Source: Candidatus Desulfobulbus rimicarensis
GTDB lineage: Bacteria; Desulfobacterota; Desulfobulbia; Desulfobulbales; Desulfobulbaceae
Reading direction: 5' to 3'
Assembly (NCBI GenBank): GCA_008633435.1
Contig: RKSL01000011.1
Span: 905-64,904, forward strand
Length of the DNA stretch: 64,000 nt
Part shown: piece by piece, positions 10,308 to 20,351 of the stretch
Layout of the letters: every line of letters starts with the position of its first letter
How positions within the stretch are numbered: the stretch's first letter is position 1
Position numbers and translations under genes: made by a program
Notes under the pieces: generated by a model
Databases searched by the model: none
What the model saw: the letters and a program-made list of their open reading frames with translations, nothing else
Told to the model about the DNA's origin: nothing

Positions 10308-11432
10308 ATGGCTTCCTGCTGTTCCGGCGATATTTGCCAGTGGCTCACTCTGGTTTCCCTTCCCGGTGTTGGTTGCGCACTTGCCCATCGTTTGCTCGAT
10401 GCCTTTGGTAGTCCTGCCGCAATTCTTGCTGCTGGCAGTGAGGTTGCCCAGGTACCTGGCGTGGGGCCGCAACTTGCAGCTCTTTTTTCTGATCAGTCAT
10501 TTCTTGACCAGGCCCGTCGTCAGGCAACCCGGCATGACGAGCAACTCCGTGCCAAAAGAATTCATGTACTCACCTTTGCCGATGCTCTTTATCCTGATCT
10601 TCTTCGGGAAATCCACGATCCACCTGTTCTCCTTTACCTGAGAGGAAGCCTCGAATGTCTCGCCCAGACAGCCGTTGCCATTGTTGGTTCAAGGGCCGCG
10701 ACCAGTTATGGAAAACGAGCCAGTTATACACTCGCGGCCCAGCTTGCCCGGGAAGGTATTGTTGTCTCCAGTGGTCTAGCTCTGGGGATTGACGGCAATG
10801 CGCATGCCGGGTGCCTTGAAGCAGGAGGCAAGACCATTGCGGTGCTTGGTTGCGGCATTGATGTGGTCTATCCCCGTTCACATGCCGAGCTGTATGCGAA
10901 GATACTTGAACAAGGGCTGCTTGTCAGTGAATATCCTCCAGGTACCCGGCCTGACTCGTTTCGTTTTCCTGCCCGTAACCGGATCATCAGTGGGCTTTGC
11001 CGGGGTATTATTGTGGTTGAGGCCACCTGTAATTCCGGCTCGCTTATCACTGCCCGTCTTGCCCTTGACCAGGGACGGGAAGTGTTTGCGGTGCCGGGAA
11101 GAGTGGATTCGGTAAAGAGCGAGGGCGCCCATCTTCTCATTCAGCAGGGGGCAACCCTTGTTCAGTCCGCTGCAGACGTGCTGCGGGAGCTTCAGCTTGT
11201 TACCCGGAATGTTGGCCATGTTGCAGGACACACCGCTGCCAACACCACCTCGCAACTGACAGTTGAAGAGCAGCAAGTCATGGCGTGTCTTGATGTCTAT
11301 GCAATTGATATTGATGAGCTTTGCATTAAGAGTGCATTGCCTGCAGGAGCTTTGCATCCGCTTTTACTGGAACTGGAGCTTAAAGGGCTGATACGTCAGT
11401 TGCCAGGACAGCAGTATGAACGTATTTCTTGA
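10308..11432 (+). CDS. dprA: DNA-processing protein DprA
   Basis: 374-aa ORF with the Rossmann-like core 'IVGSRAATSYG', plus 'GLALGIDGNAHAG' and 'FPARNRIISGL'. Confidence 0.85.
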   Translation: MASCCSGDICQWLTLVSLPGVGCALAHRLLDAFGSPAAILAAGSEVAQVPGVGPQLAALFSDQSFLDQARRQATRHDEQLRAKRIHVLTFADALYPDLLREIHDPPVLLYLRGSLECLAQTAVAIVGSRAATSYGKRASYTLAAQLAREGIVVSSGLALGIDGNAHAGCLEAGGKTIAVLGCGIDVVYPRSHAELYAKILEQGLLVSEYPPGTRPDSFRFPARNRIISGLCRGIIVVEATCNSGSLITARLALDQGREVFAVPGRVDSVKSEGAHLLIQQGATLVQSAADVLRELQLVTRNVGHVAGHTAANTTSQLTVEEQQVMACLDVYAIDIDELCIKSALPAGALHPLLLELELKGLIRQLPGQQYERIS

Positions 11433-11530
11433 TTCCCCGTGCAACTTGGTGGTTGTCGGAGTATATTGCAGGTGTTGTTAAGAATGAAGCTTTATGTTGA
11501 TTGATAATGCCTGAAAAGGAATATGATACA

Positions 11531-12193
11531 ATGAAAACAATTATGATAGCACCATCTATATTGTCTGCGGATTTTTCCCGTCTGGGCGATGAGATTCGGG
11601 CAGTTGAGGATGCGGGAGCAGAAGTTATTCATGTAGATGTTATGGATGGCCATTTTGTTCCCAACATAACCATTGGGCCTCTTGTGGTAAAGGCTGTGCG
11701 AGCGGTTACTGAACTGCCGGTGGATGTCCACTTGATGATCACTGATCCAGATCGGTATTTGCAGGATTTTGCCGATGCCGGAGCCGACTGGATTACAGTA
11801 CACGTTGAAGCCTGTACCCATTTGCACCGGACATTAGGCCATATTCGTGAGCTGGGCAGGAAAGCCGGTGCCGTTTTGAATCCTGCAACTTCACTTTCAA
11901 CCATTGAGTATGTACTTGATGAGCTTGATCTTGTCATGCTGATGAGTGTCAATCCTGGCTTTGGCGGCCAGTCGTTTATTGAGTCCACTTTGGAGAAAAT
12001 ACAAACGCTGCGGGCAATGCTTGACGCAAAGAATCCTGAAGCCGGAATAGAGATTGATGGTGGGGTCAGTCCGCAAACCATTGCCAGGGTTGCCGCAGCT
12101 GGAGCCAATATTTTTGTGGCTGGTTCGGCGGTGTACGGTACCCAGGATTATGGAGCAAGTATTCGAGAAATGAAAGCACTGGCAGGGTTTTAG
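11531..12193 (+). CDS. rpe: ribulose-phosphate 3-epimerase
   Basis: The protein opens '[15 protein letters not shown]' and carries '[12 protein letters not shown]' and '[10 protein letters not shown]'. The start is placed at ATG 11531. Confidence 0.9.
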   Translation: MKTIMIAPSILSADFSRLGDEIRAVEDAGAEVIHVDVMDGHFVPNITIGPLVVKAVRAVTELPVDVHLMITDPDRYLQDFADAGADWITVHVEACTHLHRTLGHIRELGRKAGAVLNPATSLSTIEYVLDELDLVMLMSVNPGFGGQSFIESTLEKIQTLRAMLDAKNPEAGIEIDGGVSPQTIARVAAAGANIFVAGSAVYGTQDYGASIREMKALAGF

Positions 12194-12358
12194 AAAGGGA
12201 TTCGCCGTTAGCCTTCTTTCTCTGCCCCTCACAGAACGACCACCAGGACGGGTGGCACAGGTTCGTGTCGGTTTCTTGCCCGATGCAGTTGACGATGCAG
12301 GCAAGAACTGTCAGGGTGAAGATGCGTCCCATGAAGCGATAATTTTCGGGCAGGAGGA

Positions 12359-13972
12359 ATGATGGAATTTATAGATTTTTCAGCATTACGAGCTGTGCAA
12401 ACCCTCAAGGGGCTTGCCCGGAAGCCATATTCTCTTGCTCAACAAAAAGCACTTACTGCTAAAAGAATACATCGTTACCGTGGCCATTCCTGCGGTTTTG
12501 ATCTGTTATATGCTACCCAGCGTGTCGATGAAACAACCATGGAAGGGCTGCAGAACCTTGCCGCAGAAGCAGAGCTTGTTGACAAATTCAAGGCCATGAA
12601 ATCGGGCGCAGTTCTCAATACGATTTCCGGACATGAAAGTGAAAACAGGCAGGTACTGCACACTGCCTGCAGGGATATTTTTTCAACAGAGCCCCTCGCG
12701 CCCGGGGCTACTGCCCAGGCAAAAGAACAGCTGGGTAAATTACAGTCTTTTCTGAACGATTTGCAAAACGGTACAATTACCAATAGTGCAGGTCAGCATT
12801 TCACCACCATAATCCAGGTTGGTATAGGCGGGTCAGATCTGGGGCCGAGAGCGTTGTATTATGCACTTAGACGTTATGCCCTTCCAGGCAGGAAAGCATT
12901 GTTTATTGCCAATGTTGACCCCGATGATGCGGCCGCAGTGCTTGGCGGGGTCGATCTGACCCGAACTCTTGTGGTTGTTGTTTCCAAGAGTGGTTCTACC
13001 CTGGAAACCCTGACCAATGAAGAGCTGGTTCGGCAACGGTTTGTCGCAGCCGGGTTGGAGCCGTCCCGGCATTTTCTGGCAGTGACAGGCGCCGGGAGTC
13101 CCATGGATGATCCCGCAAAGTATCTGGCCTCTTTTTATCTCTATGATTATATTGGCGGCCGCTATTCTGTCACCTCAATGGTAGGAGGCGTACTCCTTGG
13201 CTTTGTGTTGGGATATGATGTTTTCCTGGATGTCCTGCGGGGGGCAAATGCCATGGATGAGGCCGCAGAAGAACAATCCTTGGTAAAGAACCTTCCATTA
13301 TTAATGGCACTCCTGGGCATTTGGAACCATAATTTCCTCGGTTATGCTACGTTGGCAGTGTTGCCATACAGTCAGGCCCTGATAAGGTTTCCGGCACATC
13401 TGCAGCAATGCGACATGGAGAGCAACGGTAAATCAATAACCAGGCACGGTAATCCAGTGCAGTGGCTGACCGGCCCTGTTGTCTGGGGGGAGCCTGGCAC
13501 AAACGGTCAGCATGCCTTTTATCAGCTGCTCCATCAGGGGACAGAAATCGTTCCGATTGAATTTATCGGGTTCAGGCAAAGTCAATACAGAGAAGACTCT
13601 CGACTGCAGGGAACCACCTCCCAGCAGAAATTAGTGGCCAACATGTTGGCCCAGTCTCTTGCCCTTGCCCAGGGGAAGGATCATCGTAATCCCAACCGAA
13701 AATTTGCAGGGAACAGGCCCAACTCTGTGTTGATCGGCGAGCAGCTTACTCCTTATGCCATGGGCGCATTACTGGCCTTATATGAGAATAAAATAGCTTT
13801 TCAGGGATTTTGCTGGAATATAAACTCCTTTGACCAGGAAGGTGTTCAGCTCGGAAAAAGAATGGCCACGCAAATTCTTGCGGGGTTGAAAGGAAGTGCT
13901 CGTTCTTCACTGGATATTTCTTCTGACAATGCTCCGGAAACAAGCTTGTTGAGCGTTGCTGGAATGAAATGA
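12359..13972 (+). CDS. pgi: glucose-6-phosphate isomerase
   Basis: 537-aa ORF with 'DYIGGRYSVTS', 'QQCDMESNGK' and 'GEPGTNGQHAFYQL'. A strong AGGAGG Shine-Dalgarno precedes it. Confidence 0.85.
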   Translation: MMEFIDFSALRAVQTLKGLARKPYSLAQQKALTAKRIHRYRGHSCGFDLLYATQRVDETTMEGLQNLAAEAELVDKFKAMKSGAVLNTISGHESENRQVLHTACRDIFSTEPLAPGATAQAKEQLGKLQSFLNDLQNGTITNSAGQHFTTIIQVGIGGSDLGPRALYYALRRYALPGRKALFIANVDPDDAAAVLGGVDLTRTLVVVVSKSGSTLETLTNEELVRQRFVAAGLEPSRHFLAVTGAGSPMDDPAKYLASFYLYDYIGGRYSVTSMVGGVLLGFVLGYDVFLDVLRGANAMDEAAEEQSLVKNLPLLMALLGIWNHNFLGYATLAVLPYSQALIRFPAHLQQCDMESNGKSITRHGNPVQWLTGPVVWGEPGTNGQHAFYQLLHQGTEIVPIEFIGFRQSQYREDSRLQGTTSQQKLVANMLAQSLALAQGKDHRNPNRKFAGNRPNSVLIGEQLTPYAMGALLALYENKIAFQGFCWNINSFDQEGVQLGKRMATQILAGLKGSARSSLDISSDNAPETSLLSVAGMK

Positions 13973-14082
13973 ATAGAGATTCATTTGTTTGACTTAAATA
14001 GTACCCCTGACTGGAGTTAGCCGCTTTTTGGTTGACAAAATCAAAGCATCTGTTTAGTTTCATCAGCGAAATAAATGTCCGA

Positions 14083-14112
14083 TTGGGTCTATTGTGATTG
14101 AAGTGTTACAAT
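14083..14112 (+). promoter_or_regulatory. candidate sigma-70 promoter for dsrABD
   Basis: TTGGGT-N18-TACAAT lies about 75 nt upstream of the dsrA ATG, inside a 217-bp intergenic region. Confidence 0.25.
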
Positions 14113-14189
14113 GTAAAGATACGCTGATCGGCAGTTGGTACTATTTGGGTATATTTAATATATCAAAACTTTAGCGAGGAGGAACACTG

Positions 14190-15470
14190 ATGCCAAAGCA
14201 TGATACGCCTATGCTGGACGAACTGGAAAACGGCCCGTGGCCGAGTTTCGTCACTGACCTGAAGCGCCAGGCTGAGACCCACGATGAATGTTGGGATATT
14301 CTCGGTCAGATGGAGCTTTCCTACAAAGACAGAATCACTCACTGGAAACACGGCGGAATTGTAGGTGTTTTCGGATATGGTGGTGGTATTGTAGGACGTT
14401 ATTCCGACGTGCCTAAACAGTTTCCAGGTGTTGAGCATTTCCATACAGTTCGTATTAACCAACCTTCCGGTCTCTATTATTCCACTAAGAATCTTCGTGA
14501 CCTCATGGATCTCTGGGATAAGTACGGTTCCGGTATGACCAATATGCACGGTTCCACAGGTGATATGATTCTCCTTGGCACACGCACAGAAAACCTTGAG
14601 CCGTTATTTTGGGATCTGACCCATGACCTTAAACAGGATCTTGGCGGTTCCGGTTCAAACCTCAGAACACCTTCCTGCTGTCTTGGCGAGTCCCGCTGTG
14701 AGTGGTCATGTTTTGACACCCAAGATATCTGTTACGCTCTGACCATGCATTATCAGGATGAGATTCATCGTCCTGCATTTCCTTATAAGTTTAAATTCAA
14801 ATTTTCGGGTTGCGCCAATGACTGTGTTGCAGCTATCGCCCGTTCTGACTTTGCTGTAATTGGTACCTGGAAGGATGACATCCAGATTGATCAGGCCGCA
14901 GTTAAAGAGTATGTTGCCGGTAACTATCCTGCAAATGGTGGCGCCCACAGTGGTCGCGACTGGGGTGCGTTCAGTATTCAGAAAGAAGTTATCAATCTCT
15001 GTCCCACCAAATGTATGTGGATGGAAGGCGATGAGCTGAAAATCGATGACTCTGAGTGTACCCGCTGCATGCATTGTATTAATGTTATGCCTCGTGCACT
15101 TCGCCCTGGTAAAGAGAAAGGCGCGACCATCTGTATCGGAGCTAAAGCACCTATCCTTGATGGTGCGCAGTTTGCCACCATGGTTATTCCTTTTATCAAA
15201 GTTTCCAAAGAAAATGAATACGAGAACGTTATTGACGTTATTGAGCAGATTTGGGACTGGTGGATGGAAGTTGGCAAAAACCGTGAGCGCGTTGGTGAGA
15301 CTATGCAGCGTGTAGGTCTGCCTACCTTCCTCTCTGTTATGGAAGTCGAGCCTCTGCCACAACACGTTAAAGAGCCTCGTTCCAACCCGTATGTTTTCTG
15401 GAAGGAAGAGGAAGTTGAAGGTGGCTGGGAACGTGATGTGGTAGAGTTCCGTAAACGGCACGCTGCGTAA
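14190..15470 (+). CDS. dsrA: dissimilatory sulfite reductase alpha subunit
   Basis: 426-aa ORF with siroheme/[4Fe-4S] Cys motifs 'CCLGESRCEWSC' and 'SGCANDCVA', and the ferredoxin insert 'CTRCMHCINVMP'. A GGAGG Shine-Dalgarno precedes it, and dsrB follows. Confidence 0.9.
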   Translation: MPKHDTPMLDELENGPWPSFVTDLKRQAETHDECWDILGQMELSYKDRITHWKHGGIVGVFGYGGGIVGRYSDVPKQFPGVEHFHTVRINQPSGLYYSTKNLRDLMDLWDKYGSGMTNMHGSTGDMILLGTRTENLEPLFWDLTHDLKQDLGGSGSNLRTPSCCLGESRCEWSCFDTQDICYALTMHYQDEIHRPAFPYKFKFKFSGCANDCVAAIARSDFAVIGTWKDDIQIDQAAVKEYVAGNYPANGGAHSGRDWGAFSIQKEVINLCPTKCMWMEGDELKIDDSECTRCMHCINVMPRALRPGKEKGATICIGAKAPILDGAQFATMVIPFIKVSKENEYENVIDVIEQIWDWWMEVGKNRERVGETMQRVGLPTFLSVMEVEPLPQHVKEPRSNPYVFWKEEEVEGGWERDVVEFRKRHAA

Positions 15471-15528
15471 TTTTCGTTAACCGATTTTACTGAAATTGAA
15501 CTATTTGACTATATAAGGAGATTGTATA

Positions 15529-16668
15529 ATGGGTTACGATCCTAAAAATCCCATGGAAGGTCGGATTACCGATCTGGGACCGCATCCGTACACAGATATG
15601 TTACCGCCTGTCATTGCCGAGAATAAAGGTAAATGGCTTTATCATGAAATCCTTGAGCCTGGTGTGCTGTTACATGTTGCCGAAGGCGGAGGGGAATGCT
15701 ATACCGTTCGTGTAGGTTCTCCGCGGCTTATTTCTATCGAGCATGTTCGGGAAATGTGCGATATCGCTGATGCGCATTGTGAGGGCTATCTGCGATTTAC
15801 TACTCGTAATAATGCCGAATTCATGACCGACTCAAAAGAGAAGTGTGACGCTTTGATTGCTGATCTCAAGAGCCGTGGCAAAAAATTCCCCATCGGTGGT
15901 ACCGGTGCCTGCGTGACGAACATTGTTCATACTCAGGGTTGGGTTCATTGTCATACGCCAGCCACGGATGCTTCCGGCCCGGTTAAGGCTGTTATGGATG
16001 ATCTGTTTGAGTATTTTGGTTCCATGAAGTTGCCTGCACAGGTTCGTATTGCTCTTGCCTGTTGTCTGAACATGTGTGGTGCTGTTCATGCCTCTGATAT
16101 TGCTATTCTTGGTGTACATCGTAAGCCGCCAATGATTGACCATGAGCGTATTACAGGCGTTTGCGAGCTTCCTCTGGCCATCGCTGCCTGTCCGCTTGGT
16201 GCTGTTAAACCTGCCAAGGCAGAGGTGAATGGCGAGGAAGTGAAAACCGTTAAGGTTAACGCTGAGCGTTGTATGTTCTGTGGTAACTGTTATACCATGT
16301 GTCCAGCTATGCCTCTGGCTGATCCGGAGGGCGATGGTATTGCGATTCTGGTTGGCGGTAAGGTGTCTAACGCTAAATCCGAGCCTAAATTCTCTAAATT
16401 GATCATCCCCTTCCTGCCAAACACTCCTCCACGTTGGCCTGAAACTGTTGACGTTATCCATAAAATCGTGGAAGTGTACGCGAAAGACGCTCACAAGTAC
16501 GAGCGTATTGGTGAGTGGGCTGAACGTATTGGCTGGGAGAAGTTTTTCGAAAAATGTGACATTCCGTTCACCGAGAAATCAATTGATGACTATCGCCTTG
16601 CCTATGATACCTGGCGGACTACCACGCAGTTTAAGTACACAAACGCTACTGCCGCTTACACCAAATAA
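15529..16668 (+). CDS. dsrB: dissimilatory sulfite reductase beta subunit
   Basis: 379-aa ORF with '[12 protein letters not shown]', '[14 protein letters not shown]' and '[12 protein letters not shown]'. Confidence 0.9.
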   Translation: MGYDPKNPMEGRITDLGPHPYTDMLPPVIAENKGKWLYHEILEPGVLLHVAEGGGECYTVRVGSPRLISIEHVREMCDIADAHCEGYLRFTTRNNAEFMTDSKEKCDALIADLKSRGKKFPIGGTGACVTNIVHTQGWVHCHTPATDASGPVKAVMDDLFEYFGSMKLPAQVRIALACCLNMCGAVHASDIAILGVHRKPPMIDHERITGVCELPLAIAACPLGAVKPAKAEVNGEEVKTVKVNAERCMFCGNCYTMCPAMPLADPEGDGIAILVGGKVSNAKSEPKFSKLIIPFLPNTPPRWPETVDVIHKIVEVYAKDAHKYERIGEWAERIGWEKFFEKCDIPFTEKSIDDYRLAYDTWRTTTQFKYTNATAAYTK

Positions 16669-16736
16669 GAAGCTGTACGCATTACCGGGTCCGATTTACG
16701 GATCCGGGTATTAAACTCAGCCAAAGAGGATATGTT

Positions 16737-16982
16737 ATGGCAATGAGTATTGAAGAAGTAGAAGCTGCAATAATTGCAAAAGCAACTAAATCGCCTAAGC
16801 CACAACTCTATATTAAAGATTTTTATAAGTGTGACCCTGATCGTAAACCACGTGAGATCAAAAAAATCGCAAACAAGCTGGTTACCAAGGGCGAGTTGAT
16901 GTTCTGGTCTTCAGGATCAACAACCATGTATGCCCGCCCTGATCGTATTAAAAATGAAGAGGGCTCAGAAGGTATCAATTAG
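16737..16982 (+). CDS. dsrD: DsrD, small winged-helix partner of DsrAB
   Basis: 81-aa ORF immediately after dsrB with the conserved segment 'KKIANKLVTKGELMFWSSGSTTMYA'. Confidence 0.85.
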   Translation: MAMSIEEVEAAIIAKATKSPKPQLYIKDFYKCDPDRKPREIKKIANKLVTKGELMFWSSGSTTMYARPDRIKNEEGSEGIN

Positions 16983-17009
16983 TTTTTTGTTGATACATTG
17001 TGTTTCAAG

Positions 17010-17048
17010 GCAGAGGCTTTCCTGGTCTCTGCTTTTTTTTTTGCTTTT
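17010..17048 (+). terminator. rho-independent terminator after dsrD
   Basis: The stem GCAGAGGCT/GGTCTCTGC (6 Watson-Crick pairs plus G-U pairs) is followed by T10-GC-T6. It lies 28 nt after the dsrD stop. Confidence 0.7.
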
Positions 17049-17071
17049 TTGATATAGGCTCTCTATTTGTC

Positions 17072-17815
17072 ATGATCCTGCATTTTACTTCTTTAGATTC
17101 AACCAATATCAAGGCTGTTCAACTTGCGCAAAAAGGTGCAGAACCTGGCACTGTTGTGCATGCTGATTATCAGACAGGGGGTAAGGGACGGGGCGGGAGA
17201 AGATTCATTTCTCCGCCAGGAGGATTGTATTTTTCGTTGATCTTTACTCCTCAACTTCAGCCTGATGAACTCCCTCTAATTACTCTGGCCGCTGGTGTCG
17301 GTGTGAGTGTGGGGATATTATCGATGACAGGCGTACGGGTTCAGCTGAAATGGCCAAATGATCTTTATGTAGAGGGGAAAAAACTTGGTGGGATTCTCAC
17401 TGAAACCGGGATGATCTCTTCGGGTTGTACTCCTCAATTTGTGGTAATAGGTATTGGTCTAAATGTACAAACAGATATGGCATGCTATCCTTCATCCTTG
17501 CAGGGCAAGGTCGTTTCATTGTATCATGTGAATGAGAATAATGCCCCGGCAGCAGACACCCTGCTTCGACCACTTGTGGAGAGTGTGAAAACTGCTGTCA
17601 AAAGTCTTGAAACAGACAGGGCGCAGATGCTTGCCCTGTGGCAGGAACGTGATTATCTTCAAGGCAGAGCTGTTGAATATAACGGACAGGATGGGCTAGT
17701 GGCAGCCACTGGGGTTGGGCTTGCTGAAGATGGACGGTATATTATTTGTGATAAGAACAACAGGGAATATGCCATTGTTGCCGGAGATATTAACCCTATC
17801 CGACTCAGTTTTTAA
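17072..17815 (+). CDS. birA: biotin--[acetyl-CoA-carboxylase] ligase (no N-terminal HTH)
   Basis: The protein opens 'LDSTN' and has the 'QTGGKGRGGRRF' biotin-binding loop and 'KWPNDLY'. The start is set at ATG 17072 because the track start (17000) would read through the dsrD terminator. Confidence 0.8.
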   Translation: MILHFTSLDSTNIKAVQLAQKGAEPGTVVHADYQTGGKGRGGRRFISPPGGLYFSLIFTPQLQPDELPLITLAAGVGVSVGILSMTGVRVQLKWPNDLYVEGKKLGGILTETGMISSGCTPQFVVIGIGLNVQTDMACYPSSLQGKVVSLYHVNENNAPAADTLLRPLVESVKTAVKSLETDRAQMLALWQERDYLQGRAVEYNGQDGLVAATGVGLAEDGRYIICDKNNREYAIVAGDINPIRLSF

Positions 17816-17835
17816 AGTAGGAAGCGATATACCCC

Positions 17836-18840
17836 ATGCAGAACACCACCTTTCGTGCGCTGGTAGTCAGTAATGATGCTGAAAAGGGCTTTACCCGGGA
17901 AATTAAGAAATTACCTCTTTCTGATCTTCCCAGGGGGCAAGTTGTCATCAGGGTACATTTTTCCTCCCTCAATTATAAGGACGCCCTTTCAGCAATCGGT
18001 AACCGTGGAGTAACAAAAAAATACCCGCATACTCCTGGTGTTGACGCGGCAGGTGTTGTTGTTTCTTCAACTGTTGAGCAGTTTTCTCCAGGCGATGAAG
18101 TCCTCTGCATGGGATATGATCTCGGTATGAACACTGCCGGTGGTTTTGCTGACTATATCAGTGTTCCAGCTGACTGGGTGATGGCAAAACCAGCCGGTAT
18201 ATCGCTCTATGAAACAATGCAGTTGGGAACCGCCGGTTTTACAGCCGCCCAATGTGTTGAGATGTTATTCAAATTTGGTTTCGAGCCTGGGCAGGGGGCA
18301 GTGCTGGTAACCGGAGCCACCGGCGGCGTCGGCACTATAGCTGTGGCCTTGCTCGCCAATCTGGGTTGTGCAGTGACCGGGGTTACCGGAAAAAATGAAG
18401 AACATCCGTTTTTAAAAAAACTCGGCTGCTGTGCAATTCTAAATCGCAAGCAGGCTACGGGCAGAAGCAGTGCGGCATTACTACGAGAACGCTGGGCTGG
18501 AGTGGTTGATACGGTGGGTGGGGAAATCCTGTCTTCTGCGGTCAAAGCCACCCGGTATGATGGCGTTGTTACCTGTTGTGGTAATGCTGCCTCTGGTGAT
18601 CTTCCCTTGACTGTATATCCGTTTATTTTACGGGGGGTGAGCTTGGTTGGTATTGATTCGGCCAGTTGCCCCATGTCCCGTAGAAAACGTATTTGGGACA
18701 AACTGGCAGGCCCCTGGAAACTCGATGTGCTTGATGTGTTGACAACGTGCATCCCCTTTGACCAGCTCAGTGCAGCTATTGACACAATGCTTCAGAGCCA
18801 AAGTCGTGGTCGGATAGTCATTGATATGAGGATAGGTTGA
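17836..18840 (+). CDS. YhdH/YhfP-family MDR oxidoreductase (acrylyl-CoA reductase/quinone oxidoreductase-like)
   Basis: 334-aa ORF with medium-chain dehydrogenase architecture, the 'VTGATGGVG' nucleotide-binding motif and 'SSLNYKDAL'. Confidence 0.75.
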   Translation: MQNTTFRALVVSNDAEKGFTREIKKLPLSDLPRGQVVIRVHFSSLNYKDALSAIGNRGVTKKYPHTPGVDAAGVVVSSTVEQFSPGDEVLCMGYDLGMNTAGGFADYISVPADWVMAKPAGISLYETMQLGTAGFTAAQCVEMLFKFGFEPGQGAVLVTGATGGVGTIAVALLANLGCAVTGVTGKNEEHPFLKKLGCCAILNRKQATGRSSAALLRERWAGVVDTVGGEILSSAVKATRYDGVVTCCGNAASGDLPLTVYPFILRGVSLVGIDSASCPMSRRKRIWDKLAGPWKLDVLDVLTTCIPFDQLSAAIDTMLQSQSRGRIVIDMRIG

Positions 18841-19811
18841 TGAGTGTAGAACAGGCGCGCAGGGTACTTACGGTTGAGGCAGAAGGTATTTATGCTGTTC
18901 GCGATGCCCTGGGGGAGGAGTTTGAACATGCAGTTGATCTGATTGTGGATTGTCCCAGTCGTCTTGTCATTACCGGGATCGGGAAATCCGGCCTGGTTGG
19001 CCAGAAGATTTCCGCAACGCTTAATTCGACCGGCACCTCATCGTTTTTCCTCCACCCGGTTGAAGCCATGCACGGGGATTTGGGGATGGTCAGTCCTACG
19101 GATGTTGTTCTGGCTCTTTCTTATTCAGGTGAGACCACGGAGCTTAATGGCCTGATGGCAAGCCTTAAAGAACGCAACGTGCCAATTATTGCCATGACCG
19201 GTGGCGCACACTCCACCCTTGCCCGTTATGCCGCAGTGACGCTTAATGTCGCTGTCCCGCAGGAGGCCTGCCCGCTGGGACTTGCCCCGACAACGTCGAC
19301 AACGGCAACTCTTGCCATGGGCGATGCTCTTGCGGTGGCGTTGTTGAAGCGTAATCAGTTTAGGGCCGAAGATTTTCGTCGCAACCATCCCGGAGGAAGC
19401 TTGGGAGAGCGTTTAAAAGTTGCGGTGAGTGAAGTTATGTTACAGGGGAACGAAATACCCCAGGTTCGCAAAGGCTCGACCATGGAGCACATTATTGCAG
19501 AACTCAATGCCAAAAATATTGGTGCGGTACTGGTCGTGGCGGATTCAGGTCAGCTCTCAGGGATCGTGACTGACGGCGACATTCGACGGTTATTGTTGAC
19601 TGGAACTGCCATCGAGAATTGTCAGGTCGAGCGGGTTATGACTCCACAGCCCGTGACCATCACTCCGGAGCTCATGGCTGCGGATGCTTTGAGTCTCATG
19701 CAGAGCAAAGAGATAACTATTCTCGCTGTTGTTGATGGGGAGGATAAACTCATTGGCATTTTGCATTTACATGATCTTTTAGGCAAAGGTGAGTTCAGAT
19801 TTCTTATTTAG
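18837..19811 (+). CDS. kpsF: arabinose-5-phosphate isomerase (KpsF/GutQ family)
   Basis: SIS domain motifs 'ITGIGKSG' and 'SYSGET', followed by two CBS repeats. It has a 4-nt overlap with the upstream gene. Confidence 0.85.
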   Translation: MMSVEQARRVLTVEAEGIYAVRDALGEEFEHAVDLIVDCPSRLVITGIGKSGLVGQKISATLNSTGTSSFFLHPVEAMHGDLGMVSPTDVVLALSYSGETTELNGLMASLKERNVPIIAMTGGAHSTLARYAAVTLNVAVPQEACPLGLAPTTSTTATLAMGDALAVALLKRNQFRAEDFRRNHPGGSLGERLKVAVSEVMLQGNEIPQVRKGSTMEHIIAELNAKNIGAVLVVADSGQLSGIVTDGDIRRLLLTGTAIENCQVERVMTPQPVTITPELMAADALSLMQSKEITILAVVDGEDKLIGILHLHDLLGKGEFRFLI

Positions 19812-19983
19812 TGCCTGTCCAGGAATGGCCCTTTCGCCCAAACTCTGCGTCATGCTCAAAAAATACTGCTTGGAGGTAAGGTAGACTCCGATATCACCTA
19901 TATGCCTGCGCTTGTTTTTTCGCAGTCTTCGGAGTCTGCGCTTACCTGATTTTGAACGAAATTGCTCATTTCTGGACAGACAC
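19811..19983 (+). mobile_element. MITE-like palindromic element, copy A
   Basis: 12-bp terminal inverted repeats GTGCCTGTCCAG and CTGGACAGACAC. Perfect 6-bp direct repeats TATTTA flank it at 19805-19810 and 19984-19989. It has long internal arm-to-arm complementarity and roughly 80% identity (by eye) to the inverted copy at 59227-59392. Confidence 0.75.
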
Positions 19984-20102
19984 TATTTAACCTGGTGATG
20001 TAACCGATGCTGTACAAGAAAAGGTAGATCATATACAGTTTGTCACTGATCCAGGATTAAAAATTCGTGCATGATTTCAAATGGGTGGCAAGGAGTAATC
20101 AA

Positions 20103-20300
20103 ATGTGTCAGATAAATGTAGTGGTTGAACGTGAAGGGGAACAGGAAGCTGTCATGGAAGCGGTGACAGGGCTTGAGATGACTGATAAAGGCATCGTGTT
20201 ATCTACTTTTTTTGAAGAGCCGATAACCATCCCCGACGTACGTATTAAAGAAATAAATTTTCTGGGTGGTTCTGTTATTCTTGTTCCTGCCAGTACATAA
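20103..20300 (+). CDS. cooT: CooT-family nickel-binding protein
   Basis: 65-aa product starting 'MC' (MCQINVVVEREGEQEAVMEAV...STFFEEP...INFLGGSVIL). Length, the Met-Cys start and the beta-rich pattern match CooT (PF10133). An AAGGAG Shine-Dalgarno lies 7 nt upstream. Confidence 0.75.
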   Translation: MCQINVVVEREGEQEAVMEAVTGLEMTDKGIVLSTFFEEPITIPDVRIKEINFLGGSVILVPAST

Positions 20301-20351
20301 GAGAGACTGGCAGGCTGCGGCAATAATGAGGTGAAGAAAAGGGGATATAGT

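Noticed and set aside
12066-12332. 88-aa minus-strand ORF with a signal-peptide-like start (MGRIFTLTVLACIVNC...) in the rpe-pgi spacer
   Set aside because: It has no Shine-Dalgarno, and the upstream sequence is the reverse of the pgi Shine-Dalgarno. It overlaps the rpe 3' end by more than 120 nt, and its lipobox fit is poor. It is probably spurious, although a shorter secreted peptide cannot be excluded.
14706-16494. Long minus-strand ORFs (251 aa and 220 aa) antisense to dsrA and dsrB
   Set aside because: The dsrA and dsrB frames carry unambiguous Cys-cluster motifs. The antisense ORFs have no Shine-Dalgarno and no recognisable motifs, so they are shadow ORFs.
16669-16736. Imperfect hairpin (ACCGGGTCCG...CGGATCCGGGT) between dsrB and dsrD as an attenuator
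   Set aside because: The arms are not truly complementary beyond 4-5 bp and no U-run follows, so there is not enough evidence to call a feature.
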